Virus record (IMG/VR): IMGVR_UViG_3300020044_004600 | Span: 1-33,856 of that record | Reading direction: 5' to 3' (one strand) | Length of the DNA stretch: 33,856 nucleotides | Source: a virus | Lineage: Duplodnaviria; Caudoviricetes | In this document: positions 32,272-33,856 of the stretch, in pieces | Position numbering within the stretch: position 1 is the stretch's first letter | Layout of the letters: every line of letters begins with the position of its first letter | The notes under the pieces: generated by a model | Told to the model about the DNA's origin: nothing | The model's database searches: none | Seen by the model: the letters and a program-made list of their open reading frames with translations, nothing else | Program-made: the position numbers and the translations under genes

Positions 32272-32393
32272 GACCGTGACTGTAACACACATCCAACAAA
32301 AAAATAAAAGATTTTTTATCGTGGTTGTATAAATTTATCTTTTACTGTGCTATGATTCGTTTCACCAACAACCACCCACGAAAGGTAAACACG
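32272..32393. promoter_or_regulatory. Divergent early promoter region
   Basis: AT-rich; leftward TGtTACAGT (32279-32287); rightward TGTGCTATGAT (32346-32356); inverted ATCTTTTA boxes. Confidence 0.8.
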
Positions 32394-32978
32394 ATGGAAA
32401 TCAAGCAGATAGCAGCAGCCCTGGTGAAAGCCCAGCGCGAATTCGGGCCAGCCCTGAAGACAAAGAACAACCCACACCTCAAAGCCAAGTATGCGGATCT
32501 TGGCGATTGCGTCGAGGCGGTCATCGATGGTTTGAACAACAACGGCATCATGCTTATGCAGCAGACACACGAATGTGAATCTGGCATCTTGATTGAAACC
32601 CTCTTCATCCATGAATCTGGCGAGGTGTTCTCAGCAGGCAAGCTGCACGTTCCAGCGGTCAAGCAGGATGCCCAAGGGTACGGCAGCGCCCTGACCTATG
32701 CACGCCGCTACAGCCTGATGGCAGCCTGTGGCATTGCACCAGAAGACGACGATGGCCAGGCCACCAGCAAAAAGACACCGAAGCAGCTGGACGGTTACCC
32801 AGAATATGAAGCGCAGACCCTGCCAGCCATGCGAGAGGCAGCCATGCAAGGCGAGAAGGCTTTGTCCGATGCGTTCATGGCTCTGCCCAAGTCAGCCCAC
32901 AAGGCAGCCTTCTGGCAAGCCCAAGGCCCTGCCCTCAAGAAGGCATCCAAGACAGCCGACACACAGGGGGCAGCATGA
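32394..32978 (+). CDS. erf: ERF-family ssDNA annealing recombinase
   Basis: NPH.K.KYADL...QGYGSALTYARRYSL.AACGIAPEDDDG. Confidence 0.93.
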   Translation: MEIKQIAAALVKAQREFGPALKTKNNPHLKAKYADLGDCVEAVIDGLNNNGIMLMQQTHECESGILIETLFIHESGEVFSAGKLHVPAVKQDAQGYGSALTYARRYSLMAACGIAPEDDDGQATSKKTPKQLDGYPEYEAQTLPAMREAAMQGEKALSDAFMALPKSAHKAAFWQAQGPALKKASKTADTQGAA

Positions 32979-33595
32979 TCGAGCAAGGCACACCTGAATG
33001 GTTCGCCCAGCGCCTGGGCAAGGTCACCGCAAGCCGGGTGGCCGACATCATGGCCAAAACCAAGACCGGGGTTTCGGCCAGCCGAGGCAACTACCTGGCG
33101 CAGCTGGTGGCCGAGCGCCTGACTGGCCAAAGCGCCGACACCTTCAAAAGCGGAGCCATGCAGCACGGCACCGAGACCGAGCCACAAGCGCGGATGGTGT
33201 ACGAGGCAGAGACGGGCCAGATCGTTGGCGAGGTGGCCATGATCACCCACCCGACCATCGAAATGTCGGGAGCCTCGCCGGATGGCTTGGTTGGCGAGGA
33301 TGGTCTGGTCGAGATCAAGTGCCCCAACACCAGCACGCACATTGCCACGCTGTTGGCCGACAAAGCGCCCAGCGGGTACATGGCCCAGATGCAGTGGCAA
33401 ATGGCCTGCACGGGCCGCGCCTGGTGCGACTTCGTGAGCTTTGACCCACGGATGCCCGATGACATGCAGCTGTTCATCAAGCGGGTGCCACGCGACGAAG
33501 CCCTGATCGCTGAGTACGAGGCCGAGGTGATCAAGTTCCTGGCCGAGGTGCAGGAGACGGTCGACAAGCTGATCCAGCTGCGGAGGAGCGTATGA
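32975..33595 (+). CDS. YqaJ/lambda-exonuclease family protein
   Basis: QGTPEWFAQRLGKVTAS, G.ETEP.AR, GASPDG, EIKCP. Confidence 0.95.
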   Translation: MIEQGTPEWFAQRLGKVTASRVADIMAKTKTGVSASRGNYLAQLVAERLTGQSADTFKSGAMQHGTETEPQARMVYEAETGQIVGEVAMITHPTIEMSGASPDGLVGEDGLVEIKCPNTSTHIATLLADKAPSGYMAQMQWQMACTGRAWCDFVSFDPRMPDDMQLFIKRVPRDEALIAEYEAEVIKFLAEVQETVDKLIQLRRSV

Positions 33596-33856
33596 GTTAC
33601 GAAATCGAAAAGGACTGGACGACTGATGCGGGCCTGCGTGCAGTGGTCATCATGGGTAACCTTGGTCACCGCTGTGGGTACGTTGGCATTCCGACCGAGC
33701 ATTCGCTTTATGGCGTTGGGTACGGCGATAAAACGACACACCTCAAACTCGACCCGAACCGATCAACAGAAAAGATGAGTCCCATTCAAATTCTCTGCGG
33801 CGCAGGCAAAGACATGGACGAACTCAATTCGCCTGAGTATGTGTTCGAGGTGCATG
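33592..33856 (+). CDS. Hypothetical phage protein, 3'-truncated
   Basis: MSYEIEKDW...GHRCGYVGIP.EH...FEVH; GGAGG RBS; ATGA coupling. Confidence 0.7.
   Translation, partial: MSYEIEKDWTTDAGLRAVVIMGNLGHRCGYVGIPTEHSLYGVGYGDKTTHLKLDPNRSTEKMSPIQILCGAGKDMDELNSPEYVFEVH

Overview
This window is essentially a whole ~33.2 kb P22-like podovirus genome. Position 1 corresponds to 33190, but the two end copies are divergent alleles, probably from strain variation or an assembly branch. The minus strand from ~32270 to 5244 carries cro-like, DUF1376 initiator, P-like loader and nin-region genes, then terS/terL, portal, scaffold, coat, gp4/gp10-like tail genes, a C1q-tipped fibre, three ejection proteins, a tailspike, a lysis cassette and a TraR-like gene. 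The plus strand (32394-end, 1-5236) carries ERF, YqaJ exonuclease, SSB, a Tad2/DUF2829 fusion, an Arc-like regulator, a MazG-like enzyme and many small early ORFs. I saw no integrase, CI repressor, tRNA or CRISPR array. The most notable signals are non-coding: (i) two related three-stem leader RNAs whose loops covary with sites next to their own RBS; (ii) three unrelated free-standing endonuclease genes, each with a promoter buried in a hairpin that hides its translation start; (iii) an H-type pseudoknot before the scaffold gene. Notable proteins are a DDxxD prenyltransferase-like protein and an S74-bearing gp7-like protein in the ejection module, and a HiPIP-like Cys protein. All family calls come from recognising motifs by eye; no searches were run.
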